Positions 48,401-60,291 of a DNA stretch of 64,000 bases are shown one piece after another. The notes under the pieces were generated by a model. That model saw nothing but the letters and a program-made list of their open reading frames with translations. It was not told the DNA's origin and searched no databases. The position numbers and the translations under genes are program-made. Position 1 is the first letter of the stretch; each line of letters starts with the position of its first letter. Where the stretch lies: assembly GCA_030704615.1 (NCBI GenBank), contig CM060731.1:42036001-42100000 (forward strand). The letters are read 5' to 3'. The stretch comes from Takakia lepidozioides. Its lineage: Eukaryota; Plantae; Bryophyta.

Positions 48401-49765
48401 AAAAGGGCCTGGGCTTTTGGCTCAGCCTCGAGATTTTCAAAGTTGCTAAGCAGAGGTACAGGAAAAGGAGAGAGAGATTGTACTCATAAGACGTTGTTTG
48501 CCGTAGCCTTGTGGCCATTGACCCCGTGCCCAGTTTGAGCGGAAACAAAAGGGACAGAACCTACAAAAAGGAGAGAGAGAGGGGGAGGGAGAGAGAAAAC
48601 CTGAGCTCAACCTTCGAATGTGCCATGTCTGTTTGCACCATGGTATGTGGGACAGTGATCAGTTGGTTTTCTTCAATACCATAGATGGCATGACCACAGA
48701 ATGTACCAATCTGACGACGTTTTGTGACTAAAACCATGTAATACGACTCCATGAATTTTATGAAACCTGATGGAATAACAACGGGTATAAGAAATAACCA
48801 GATTTCTAATCTATATATTGAGACCATAATACGAGTGAATTCAATGGGTAAAAGTCTTGTTTCATCTAGTGCTCCCCATCCTTGCTGTGGACCAGCTACA
48901 ATTTAATCTGACATATGCATTTGAACAACACATACCATCAATCTAGACAAGGAGACAACTACATACTGTTATAAAGCTGACCCTCAGCACAAGCCTGATC
49001 CCAAGCCAATCCATTTCCATTAACAAAAACAAACTAGGCACAATGGACTGAAACTAAAGATTGATATGGCTCTCAAGATCATACCAACAATACCGTAAGC
49101 CTTGGTCACCAGAGTGAGGCCCCCGGTTGACTTGTTGCCTTCTGCAACCCGTTGCAACAAATTGTTACATTCTACTTGTGTGTACACCACAGGGTCCTCC
49201 AACATACTGAGCTCTCCTGGCTCAGATCTGTCAATCTTCAGCACTTGCCAATGCTGCTTGCTTTTGTCTCTTCCAACTAAATAGAATCTCTGCCACAAAC
49301 TCCCCAAGACTCTTCATCAGCAATTTCCTTCCACCAGGACAGGCTTGTCATAGATGCAATTACCACAGCTAGCAATCATTGCCACTCACAGATAAAGACC
49401 TTGAGCAAAACATACAAAGCCCCTCCTCAGTTCTCTTCCTGTCTGAAATGATGGAAGAATACAAACTGGTTTAATTTCCAATTAAACACGATTGCATAAG
49501 TATGATACGAGAAATCAGCAATGATAGCGTCCTTTAGAAGAAATGTGGACGAACCAACACTGCTGCTTGCAGTGAAGATTTAAGATTGTACGTAAGACAT
49601 TTCGTTATGAGGATGGGTTCGGTAAGGGGTAAAAGCAAGTGACGGCAGGGAACATACCGCACGTGTCTCATACAGAGCGAATTTTTCAAGAGAGTAGCTG
49701 TGACGGTCCAGGCTTGCATCCGTTTTCACCACGTCATTCGGGCTGCCACTCGGAGGGGGAGCCAT
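42477..49765 (-). CDS. SAC1: SAC-domain phosphoinositide phosphatase, SAC1/FIG4 (FRA7) type, 17 exons
   Basis: Exons (minus): 49765-49658, 49289-49085, 48766-48601, 47957-47738, 47637-47561, 47306-47113, 46700-46603, 46231-46098, 45972-45838, 45375-44985, 44669-44548, 44275-44165, 43873-43756, 43655-43558, 43365-43177, 42961-42853, 42725-42477. All junctions are GT-AG and frame-consistent. Catalytic motif [12 protein letters not shown] is present, plus [37 protein letters not shown] and [11 protein letters not shown]. Confidence 0.93.
48179..48463 (-). mobile_element. RTEX-like LINE 3' fragment (older) in SAC intron 3
   Basis: Same 3' terminus as the other copies but more diverged; flanked by AAAGGAGAGAGAGA at 48165-48178 and 48464-48477. 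Confidence 0.88.
48478..48564 (-). mobile_element. RTEX-like LINE 3' fragment (younger, 87 bp) in SAC intron 3
   Basis: Near-identical to the 7811, 9784 and 52480 copies; flanked by AAAGGAGAGAGAGA at 48464-48477 and 48567-48580. Confidence 0.88.
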
Positions 49766-51806
49766 GACCGCTCCACTCAATATTGCTGAAATTAGACCAC
49801 GGTCTCTTCAAAGCTGGATTCCATCTGCTTCTTTGTGCTCGTTGTGGTAGTTGTCCTACCTCAGCTGAAACCCTAATTATCACCAGAGATTGTTGGACTG
49901 TGCGTGTGTGCAACTATACAAAAGCACCATAGCTGCTACATCATGTATCACCTGCACAGAGCGCCAATTGAGCTTTGAACCCGTCGTTACAAGGGCCAGG
50001 ATCTCTACCATCACCATTGAGCTTATAATCGGTTGGATAACCTGGAGACACCATCTGAATATGCAGAATAATGCTTGCACCAACTCCGCACGTATGTATG
50101 TAAGCAAACGAGCAGCTAACTTGGGAAACCGATTTTCTTAGAGATTCTCTCCAATAATGTCTGTAGCGCGATAGTTTGACACACTTGTATCGGTCCCCAT
50201 ACCAGACTGGCTGTGAAGTTTATAGTTTATGTGCAAGACATACTATCTGCAAACACGAGTTCCTTAACAAGTTGGCGTGGAAACTGGATACCAACAGATC
50301 AACGCAAACATGATGCGTCACTTCGCACCATGGAAGAATCGACACTGGAATCCCTCGAAACTCCTGTCTTCTCAAGAGCATAATCCCAACATATTGCGTA
50401 GCCAAATCACATCCTCCTCACCATCCCCCGCCATATTTTTGTCAGTCGCTACACACCAAATTTCCCTGCTTCGTACCATTATCATCATCTTCTCTTTCCA
50501 CTGTTTTTACTGTCTTTGTTCCACAGAATTCGTGAGTGTTGGACGTTCCACATACTTCTTTTCAGGTCACCTAAGTTACATCCCTAACTAACGAGAACAC
50601 AGCATACACAAGACGTGTGGCTAAGCAAGTACGAATGTAAGATCCTTTCCTTTTTAGGTAACAGATTCCCTGGAGCACTTGGAAGTCCGACTCGTCCACA
50701 GTCCATAGTTCATACTGGTTTGTGTAGCTTGGGGACTTCCAACTCCGAGTTCTTTCTCATGTTCTCTGTCGGCGTGACTTTATTGATTAAATTGAATGAA
50801 GATGGAGACACAACTAACTCATATGTCCAGTGATTGCAGCACAGTGCATATAGAGTTTAGGGCATGGCAACGTTGTTACTTGTTACCGTCTTTCTGTTAC
50901 AAGACCTGGGAAGAGAAAGAGATAAGCTCTACAGTACTTCACACTATCTGTCCACACATGCACAAAATACATCAGGTAATGTCCTCAATGATTCTGTAAA
51001 ACGTTTTGGTGCTGTTGTCTGCACTCATGGTAACTTGAGCATGTTGAAATAAAACTTGTGTGGGACATATCCTAAGTTCAGGGAAGGCAAACCAGTGGCA
51101 TAGGCAGACAGTCAAAGAGCTGGTTATGAAGAAATGCAGGCAGTCAAGAATCTGCCATAATACACTTACTGAAAAACCATTACAATTGTGTCATCTCTCA
51201 TATGGCAACTCAGAAATGAATATTCCTAGAACAAAGGTGGCCTGCTTGTGCCTGTACCTCTCGGCTCCAACCGCCTCTCATCTGAAGAGGCAGAATGTAC
51301 AATCCCTGATTTTACCTATTTCATTAAAAGGCCAATGCACCAACAGTGCACACTTTCCATGCGCAAAGGACTGACTGCTCAAACCATGAAGCAACCAACT
51401 CCACTCTTTAGAACCTTCACGTGTTGGAGAGGGAATGGACGTATCAAGATAAAAGTCGAGAACTGTACAACACGTACATGCCAAGCCTGACAACTTAAAC
51501 ACTGCAATAACTAGAACCCAGTCAAATAGCCAAGCGTCACCTCCTAACATACTCTCACCTAGTTCTCGCGAGTCCCTGATGGTAACTGGCATGAGTGCCA
51601 TGCATCCCAAAAGTAGTTATGTTTCATTCTTAAGTGCCACAATATTTAATCAGCTCACAAAGACTACCTCAAGCAGCAGTGTTTGATTAGTAGTCATTTG
51701 GGAACGACGGGTGATGGCCCCGCCACACAGAAAGACACAATTCTCTCCGAAGTAAATATACCCCCCACGGCTCGTCCACAACCCTAGTCATCGACTGACA
51801 TAACAG

Positions 51807-54800
51807 TTAACCAGGGTTTCCTAGGAGCCGCTCCACTGCAGCATGCACGTTTCCACCAACTGCACTAAGAGCCCGAATGTTCTCCGTAGTGTCAAAGAAC
51901 CCCATTTCTTGCAATTGTACAAGTTGTGCCGCATAAAGCTGCTCAGGAGGAACTGTGTTTACTGCACCACCAAAGACCGTATCAAGATGTAAAACCTTTG
52001 CTGGAACCATGCGACTCTTGGGTTAAAATATTGGGAGAGGGTTGGCGGACGAAACAAGGTTAACAAATTACCGGGGAGAGATCACAAGATAAAACTATGT
52101 ATGGAAGCCTGCTACCAAAAACAGTTGCAACAACTGCATCAAGTTTGAACTTGTTTGCAAATACAAATAGGTTCAGACTGACTCAAAAGACATGAGCATG
52201 GGTGTAAACCTTACCTTCAGGTATAGTCGATGGAACATTACTGCCAAGGCCTCCAAACATATTCAGTAGTGAGTTTATATCCAAGTTAGGATTTCCGCCG
52301 GTCGCAGCTCCAGTCTGTCCAGGAATTCTGCCCAACCAATGTGACGTTAGGGATACATATATACGATATTTGTCACATGATATCAAAGACATCTGCTATT
52401 GCATGATGCTATTGCAGCTCCAAGCTCTTCATTCACTTTAGGTGACCCACAGTTTTGTAGTGTGGTGAATTTGAAGAGAATGTACTCATAAGACGTTGTT
52501 TGCCATAGCCTTGTGGCCATTGACCCCGCACCCAGTTTGAGAGGAAACAAAAGGGGCAGAACCTACCTCTGTCAGGGGCTGACGTTGGTAGTAAGACTTA
52601 CCTTCATACATAGAATTGATCTGGGTTTTCCAGATATCCTCTAGAAATCCCTTCACACAAGCATCAATCTGCTGTGTATGATTTGCCCAAAAACTAGGCC
52701 TCAGAAGGGCCTGGGCTTTTGGCTCAGCTTTTGAAGAGAGAACTTACTGTCCAGGCTGTTGCTGACCCATGATTTGCTGGAGCTGCATCAGTCCCTAGCC
52801 ATAGCACAAGAAAACATTTGAGATTTATTACTGCAGCCAAATCAACCCAAAAAAGAACTATGTATGTCTGTCCCAGCTAACTTAGGTGCACTTGGAGAAG
52901 ACGAGATTCCAGGATGCTCACATTCAGCACCACCACCACACTATACAGGATGGGATCAGTCATGAGGAACGAGGGTCATCTTCAATCTGCACAATTGTGT
53001 CTTCCAACCTCATGATACATCATGTTATTCCACATGAATGACCTTCCCTTAGAAGACACCCTTTAAGAAACAGAGCATCTGCGTCCCTGGTTGGTAGGTG
53101 ACGATGGGTTGGCATTATACCTGGCTTTCACACAGGCACATACTATGAGGGCACCCAGACAGAGTCATTTGAGAAACCCTGCACACTTCTTGATTAGTGG
53201 CACTGTCAGAAAGAAGGGTGTCAGGTCAGGGAGCAGCATTTCTGCAGTTTTGACATGTGTATTAACATCTACTAATACCAGGAAATGACTGAAGGAGGGA
53301 ACACCATCTAAATGGTGATAACGTCCAGCTGTGAGGGCTCTGCAGCATTTCTCTGAATTGAGGGTTCTCATTTATTAGTGTGCGAAAGTGTGGTTGCAAG
53401 ATCCATGTATGCACATACAAGCCATGCGCATTACTCTGATAACACGGCCAGTAGAGCCGTCTGACCTTGTTGGTTATCCCAGTAGATCCTCTATCTCACC
53501 ATCTCAATTACGATCAGGTCAGATTCATAAGAGTCAACCTATGTTCTTAGATTGGCTTTTTTCAACCCTTAGCAAGCAACTGCGAAGAGTGCAATAGCAA
53601 CTCCAGCTAAGCATCATGACCACCTTGGAGAGCCCCAAAGAGACCCTCTTAATTGAGAAGACATACAGAGATTGTGACTCAAAACTGACTAATACCAACT
53701 GGACACAGTGGCCAGCCACATTCTACAGCTGCAAAGTGACCTTGACAAGGCAAGCTAAGATTCTGAGGATGTTGCAAAAACTATCGTTACAGGAAACAGA
53801 ATCAAGAATATACGATAAGGAATCGCAGTTTTGCCTAACTCATGCATTGTTCAGTCCCTCAATTAAATAGACCTGGAGAAAGAGTGACTGAAATTCTAAT
53901 AGAACATCAAAACGGGACACCAGTTGACCTGTAGGCATACCTGCTCCATGTACTGCGGGTTAGCAAGCAACCCCTGCATCATCTGCTGGATATCCGGATT
54001 TTGCAACATCTGTCGTATAGTGTTGGGATCTAAGAGACCCCCTGAATTCAAAGCCCCAAGCTCGGGTAAGTTCATCCCAGGGAACCGTCCCAGCATAGGC
54101 AGGCCCCCACTACCCAATGTGGTTGGCAGGGTTCCAGATGGTGTCTGACCAGCAGCTACTCCATTGCCGGCCCCAGGTCCAGTTGCTGTTGCAGCCGCTG
54201 CACACATACACGAGTGCTAATGAGGGATTTCTCTTGCTTTCAACAGATTAAAAGTACGAAATCCATCAGCTCCCATCCAGTCCCTAAGCACGTTACTATG
54301 TCATACACATGGCTGGGAAGTGGAGTAGAGAATGCTGACAGATATCAGTAACCAGCCCCCCCCCCCGATTAACAGATGAACGTCTTATTGAACGTTGCTA
54401 GCTCATCTACCCAGAGTAGTTGCTGCTGAGGGAAACGCTCATTGAACTGGGTGGCAGCCATCGCCTAGCATAGGAGTAACCAAGTTCATGCTTCACAGAC
54501 CTCTGCAACTCTCATGCCGATAGTAACCAATGCCTTTTGTTTTACTGGATGACTGCAGAAACAATAAGTTTGCCATGGATAAGGGGTGTGAAGCATCCAT
54601 CAACGGAAGGTTGCAGGGATCCACGCAAGAGTACTGACAGCAGCTGAAAGCTCAGCCACATCTACTGGACATGGAGACTCATGCAACACAGTATTAGCAA
54701 CATTATCTCAGGGAGGGTGGTTCTACACCTTCAACCATTCTCAAATTGGGACCATCATAATATGGAAATAAGGGCTTAAACCCTCAACATCCAAACATGC

Positions 54801-56890
54801 AACAGTGAAGAAAAGAGCAACAGAGTAACATGCATAAGGCAAGGTTACAAAGGGTGTGTAACAATGAAGAAAGAGGGGGGGAGTCTAAGTGAACGTACGT
54901 GAAGGATTCCAAGGGTTTGGAAGCGGAGCAGTATTTGGAACTGTTGCACCAGCACCTACCCCAGACGCAGCAGCATTGGTTGGGGCAGTGGAGCCTGGCG
55001 CACCTTGTGCCTGTGCAAGACCCTGTGGCCCCAACAAAGCTGCAAATGGGTTGGATGCCAAGTCGTCGTTACCTCCCTCCCCTCCCATTGTTGCTGCATT
55101 CAACAAGGGCTCTTGCACAGTCTCATACATACGGCGCAGCATGTTGAAGCCTTCCGGTGAGGCCTCAATGTTACTCATGGCTCGGTCAGTGTTTCTCATC
55201 ATCTCGCGCATAAGCTCGGGGTTTCGGGCGGCATCCAGTGTCTGTCGAAGGGTGCCAGGGTCATTCAAAATGTGTGCTAGATCAGGATTTCTGTCAATAA
55301 TGTCCCGCATTTGCGGGTTGCTCATAATCAAGGTGCGCATGAGATCAGGATTATTCATCAAGTTTTGCACTGCAGGCAAATTCATCATCTCTCTCATAAG
55401 GTTTGGATTCTGCATCAGCTGCTGCTGCACCTGCTGAAAATCTGAAAGACCCATACCAAAACCAGCACCAGCACCAGCAGCACCCCCTGTCCCAATTCCT
55501 CCCAAGTTTGGGAAGGTTAATCCCCCCAGGCCTGCAGCAACCCCTGCACCTGGAGGGTTCGCTGCTGGAGCAGTTGGTGCAGGCACAGATGTTCGACCTG
55601 TGGTGGCTGCTGGGGCACCGGCTGCAGGTGCAGTTGATGATGGAGCTCCACGTACAAGATGCACTGTATGGTCATTTTGCAAACCTGGCAAAATGAGGAG
55701 GAGAGGTTAGATGCCTAGATGAATGGAGTCTACAACAGTTCATTTTCAGAGAAGGCAGACAGTGCTAAAGATACTAAAAACCCAACTTGTCTCATGCTGC
55801 ACTGCAAATTGCACATAACAGACAATAGCTAAAGGCTAGGCAACAAACTGCCTTTCTGCAACCTACATAATGCCAAACACGTATTTCTCATAGTACAACC
55901 TCCGCTCGCAAAATCCAAGTCCCTTCAGGACCACGTAATTAATCAAAGAAAAACTTCTATTAATCCAGAAGGTCAAGATGAAACTCGATTCAGAAATAGA
56001 TAAAACCAGATCCCAGTTTCTTACTCAACTATTAAGACAATCAATTGCCAATGTCGAGACATCAAATGAGTCCAGCTCCCACCATATCACAGACGCATGA
56101 GGCAACTGACGTGCTAGGTGAGGTATACGGTATGGCAGACTCCATACCAACATACCCCCACAGAAATGTACCTTCTGCTTGATAGAAGGTACGATAGCCT
56201 AGCTTGCCTGACATAACCCTAACGGATGCCTGAAAGCCTGACAGGTACTACCACTAACCATATGTAGCAAAATACTTGAAGCCCTAAACACCAGGCGTAT
56301 ATGTGGATGGGCACAAATCTAAGTAGGGAAGCATAATCACACAACAAACAGAACTGTATACACAGCTTTCAAGGCTTCCATCAGGAGAAGGAGAAAAGCT
56401 CTGGACAATTAGTTACCCTAGTTGGCAAAGTCGCATCCAGTACTACTCTTGATCCAACAAACATAGCTTCATTGATTGAAATCCAAGGCTATAGTCTCCT
56501 TGAATAAAAACACAGAAATCGCAGAAGGCAGATGGACGCCACGGTATGCTCTATAACCACACCTCTACCACCAAAAAGCAACACAAAAGCTGCAACATAC
56601 ATCCCTAAGTAAAACCCGCCCTCCTACCCCAGCATCAGAACCCCCAAAACACCACCATACGCACCATAACTATCGAGGGAATTATCATCCTTCAGGACAC
56701 GGCCTTTATAAATAAGGCGCTGCTGGTCGGCAGGAATCTCAGACCTCTCTACCAGAATCCCCTTCAACGCCCCCACAGTGGAAGCCAAATCCACAGCCAA
56801 CGAGAACTTGTTTCCATTGGAGCATCGCACATGCACGGTGGCCAGGTTCCCGCTGCTTGGCTCAGCTGCGCCATCTGGCTCTCCTCCCAT
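51807..56890 (-). CDS. DSK2: Ubiquilin / DSK2 ubiquitin receptor (UBL-STI1-UBA)
   Basis: Exons (minus): 56890-56665, 55684-54899, 54197-53941, 52794-52748, 52327-52215, 51952-51807. UBL: [38 protein letters not shown]1: [39 protein letters not shown]: [23 protein letters not shown]. The status of a possible exon at ~53310-53410 is unclear. Confidence 0.92.
52480..52729 (-). mobile_element. RTEX-like LINE 3' fragment in DSK2 intron
   Basis: 250-bp 3' end; 10-bp TSD TTTGAAGAGA at 52470-52479 and 52730-52739. Confidence 0.9.
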
Positions 56891-57309
56891 AGATCCCCCT
56901 CCCCGATCCCCTCCCTCTCACAATCGCGTGCCCCGTCTCACAAGAATCAATCGCAGCTCGCTGGCCTCGCTCCCTCCCTCCCCTGCGTGTGTGCGCGACA
57001 CCGGCCCCCCACCCTCTTCTCCCTCTGCCTTTCCCGCATCCCCCACCGTCCTTCCCCCGCTCTCATTGGCCCTAATTTCCAATTACGGACAAGAATCGTA
57101 CAAAAGCCAAATAATAATAATAATACGCTATTAATTGGCTTTTTTTGAAAAAAGGGTTAAAAAACAAAAAAACAAATTGGCTGTATATTATTCATTTACT
57201 TTTTTGATTTTTTTACTTTTATGTTTTACTTCATTTTATTTTATCTTATTATTGTTTGTTTTTATTCTTTTCTTAAGAAAACTCTGGGATCCGAGTCATG
57301 ATTTAACTA

Positions 57310-57501
57310 TAAAGATAAAGATAAGATAAAGTTTCTTTAACGTCCAGTGAATTTACAGAGCCTACTGAGCCTACTGCTCAACACACAGGCCATCGAGGGC
57401 CCAATGGACGGTCTGAAGGCACATGTTGAGGGATTGAACCTAGGATCACCTAGGTTATGCACAGGCAAGGCACAAACACCCAACCACTAGGCTACCTGCT
57501 C
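57310..57501 (-). mobile_element. tRNA-derived SINE, family 2, upstream of DSK2
   Basis: Minus strand: A-box TAGCCTAGTGG, B-box GGTTCAATCCC and a (TTTATC)n-type tail at 57310-57331. Confidence 0.65.
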
Positions 57502-58852
57502 AAGTGCAGAGGATGACGCAAACAGGAGATAGTGCTAATAAGAGCCTCTTTATAATAACCAAAACTTTTACTATGTAATTATCAGATACCGTAGTGCTAC
57601 ATGACACCCTCTTAGAAGCACTTTATTTATTATATATATATATATATTTTTTTTGAAGCACTTAACTATTAGAAAAATATGTTAGATAACAACAAAACAA
57701 CATATTACATAATTTAATTTAATTTAATTTTTTAACTTATTATAGATTTATGACATTCTTTCTTAGTATATTGAGGTAATAGTAGCATAATAGGCCCATA
57801 CAGTCTCTTATTTTCTTGATGGGAATGGAATTATCAGAATATTTGACTATGTCAGCACAATAATAGACTAATGGTAAATCAACTCTTTGTAGGGATGGCT
57901 CTCCAATGGTTACTTTTTACTTTCTTAATTTTATTAAGAGGACTCAATTCCATAATTAAAAAATCCAATACCTGACTCGTTGAACCACTAACTCAAATCA
58001 TCTAAGAAAAAAATAAAAATAAAAAAAATCATCTACTAATTAACTTATTGGAAATGTGTAAATAGAGGTGTTGAGTTGACGGCAAGGGAAGGTGTGGGAT
58101 GCTTCCAGAGGCCCTCTTATCTTCCTGCCCAAGTAACGACCGGCTTCGGTATCCGTGCCTCCACCATTTTATTTTATTTTATTTTATTTTATTATGCATA
58201 CCATGTTAAATTGGGACAAATGGGGAAATCAATGAGTGGGGGTGAATGACGAAGAGTAACAGAATTCAGTCATTTCCTGACCACGAGGATTTGTAGGCGG
58301 CTATTCAGAGCTCAGGCTATTTTCAGACGGTCAAATGGAGCATGTGTCCCGGCCTCCGAAGCCCTTCTACTCCCAGGATTGTTTGGAAGTATTGAAGGTC
58401 CATGATACACTATGATCTTGGATAGTTTGGATCCCTTTGCACAGGTATGTGAAGTGAGTACTGTACTACAGTGGTTTTAACGTTTTAACTCCACACTAAG
58501 CAACTAAGTTTCCCAGGGTTGGGAAGCATCTACGGTGAGATATACCCACCAGAAGAGCAAGCAAACAGAACCTGGCTGGGACAATCATGAGTCTGATATG
58601 TAGGTTTGGATAGTTGTCAAAAGTGTCATGAGTCTTTGTATGCTTAGGAGTCAAGTTCTCCTAAATCACATGTTATAACTAGCCATGCAGTTAGATTCTG
58701 CTTTGCATTTGCAAACTGCATCCGGTGCAAGAGCCTGGATGCTCACGGTGAAGTTTCCGAGGGAGAGGGAGTCAAAGCATATTTTGGCATTTGCCCTTCT
58801 GATCATTTTTATTTTATTTTATATTATCATTTTTGTTATGTAATCTGCGGCT

Positions 58853-59055
58853 AGCTAGTAGCTCAGTTGGATAAGTGCACTCTCAGATCCTCCTACTCTG
58901 TCACGCGGGTATGATTTGTTTTGTGACCGGTTGGTCTGGGGGTGACATGTCCCTCATGTGTTCCCAATGGCTGATCTGCAAGGGGGTTATTTTTTCCCCC
59001 CTCCTCAAGGGCCTGAATTGTGAGCAGTCACCCTTCTAAAGAAATAAAAATAAAA
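58853..59055 (+). mobile_element. tRNA-derived SINE, family 1 (second copy)
   Basis: A-box TAGCTCAGTTGG (58859-58870) followed by ATAAGTGCAC as at 33290; shared body; A-rich tail. The B-box is decayed. Confidence 0.7.
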
Positions 59056-59500
59056 TATTGTATTAAAAATGTTATAATTGTTTTTTTAAAACTTAACAGG
59101 AGACACTGGCCCTGGAAATAGATTAGAGGAGACGGGAAAAAATAACCCGTGAAGAAACAAGCCATAAAGCGTATTAAGGGGATACCACCCGGTAGCCAAA
59201 AACCGGGAGAAAAAAGGCCACCAACCTAAGGAAGGCTGGGGCTGGAGAGAAGAACTAAAAGAGAGAGAGAAAGAGCTTGATTCAAGCTAAAGAGAGAAGA
59301 GCTAGAAATGCAAGTGAGCCTTGACCCTCTCTATGTGCCCCTTGCGGTGATGCCAGTGAATACCTAGGTCCTCACATTAAGGAAAATGGCTCCAAATCTT
59401 TGGGGAGGTGGTCGTACCAAGAGATCCCAGAGTCTGAGCTGTGGTCGAAGGTTTTGATAAAGTTGAGCCAGTCTTCGAGTAGAACACCTACAGTAGTGTG

Positions 59501-60110
59501 TTTTTTTTTCTGACAAAAACTTGCCAGATTTCGACATCATGGAAACTCGATCAGCTACTTATACAAAGGAATTATGGGGGACATTTTTGCCAAAAAGCAC
59601 CAGCAAATAAATTTCAGGAGCCTAATCTTGCCGACGTGGACCGGTTAGAACGTGCCACCTAGAATATAGCCACTTTTCTAACTCTGTCACCTCGATATTC
59701 TCGCCACATGGGCATGGGGTAAAATTCACAAGCGGCCCCGCCAGAGATTTTGGAAATATGAAAAAAAAAACACTCTGTGGGGTGGCAGTTGCCAAAAGAC
59801 AGACCCAAGCTTCCCTCCCCTTAGACAACAGATCTAAGTAAATGTTAAACAAGATCAGATTGATGTTGGGACGCTTCCCCTCAAAGACAAGAACACATGT
59901 GGACTTCCAGATATGCCATAAAGTGTGCAATCTTAGGCAGCCCCAAACAGAGCAGGAAGAAAAGAGATGAGAGAGATGCAAATTGAGCAACATAAGGGGA
60001 GCAGAGATGGGGGAGAGAATGCCATTGATTATAGAAAGCCAAGATTTTTATCCAAATTTCAACCGCCATGGGGCACAGTAACAGACAGTGATTGATGGGG
60101 GGGGGGTTGA
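59501..60110 (-). mobile_element. L1-type LINE 3' remnant (zf-RVT / C-terminal region)
   Basis: INHCLLLCPMAVEIW and WGCLRLHTLWHIWKSTC.LVFEG motifs across frameshifts; A9 tract at the 3' end (T-run 59501-59509). Confidence 0.65.
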
Positions 60111-60271
60111 TAGAACGTGATCACACCGGTGAGCACAAATGGCGTGAGCACAAAAACATGGCAATAGGGTCCACATGTTTTCACGGAAATAGAATTCATG
60201 TGAATAGGGTTCCAAAATAGCGAAATTGTTAGTTGTGTGCCTATTTCTGTGCCCATCTTGTTCTATTATGT

Positions 60272-60291
60272 CCCTAAACCCTAAACCCTAA
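60272..60291. repeat. Interstitial plant telomeric motif (CCCTAAA)~3
   Basis: CCCTAAACCCTAAACCCTAA. Confidence 0.85.

Noticed and set aside
49792-49876. 10-codon uORF and telo-box upstream of the SAC start
   Set aside because: The transcription start and possible 5' UTR introns are unknown, and such short motifs arise by chance.
54889-55696. Plus-strand ORFs overlapping DSK2 (and similar antisense ORFs over Ycf45, SAC and BORI)
   Set aside because: Antisense shadows of GC-rich coding exons.
58080-58825. Further LINE 3' ends with (ATTTT)n tails; also L1-like scraps at 59081-59500 and 60950-61650
   Set aside because: Too decayed to support with clear motifs or TSDs.
60272-60291. Chromosome end or fusion scar
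   Set aside because: Only ~3 units, embedded in a repeat element.
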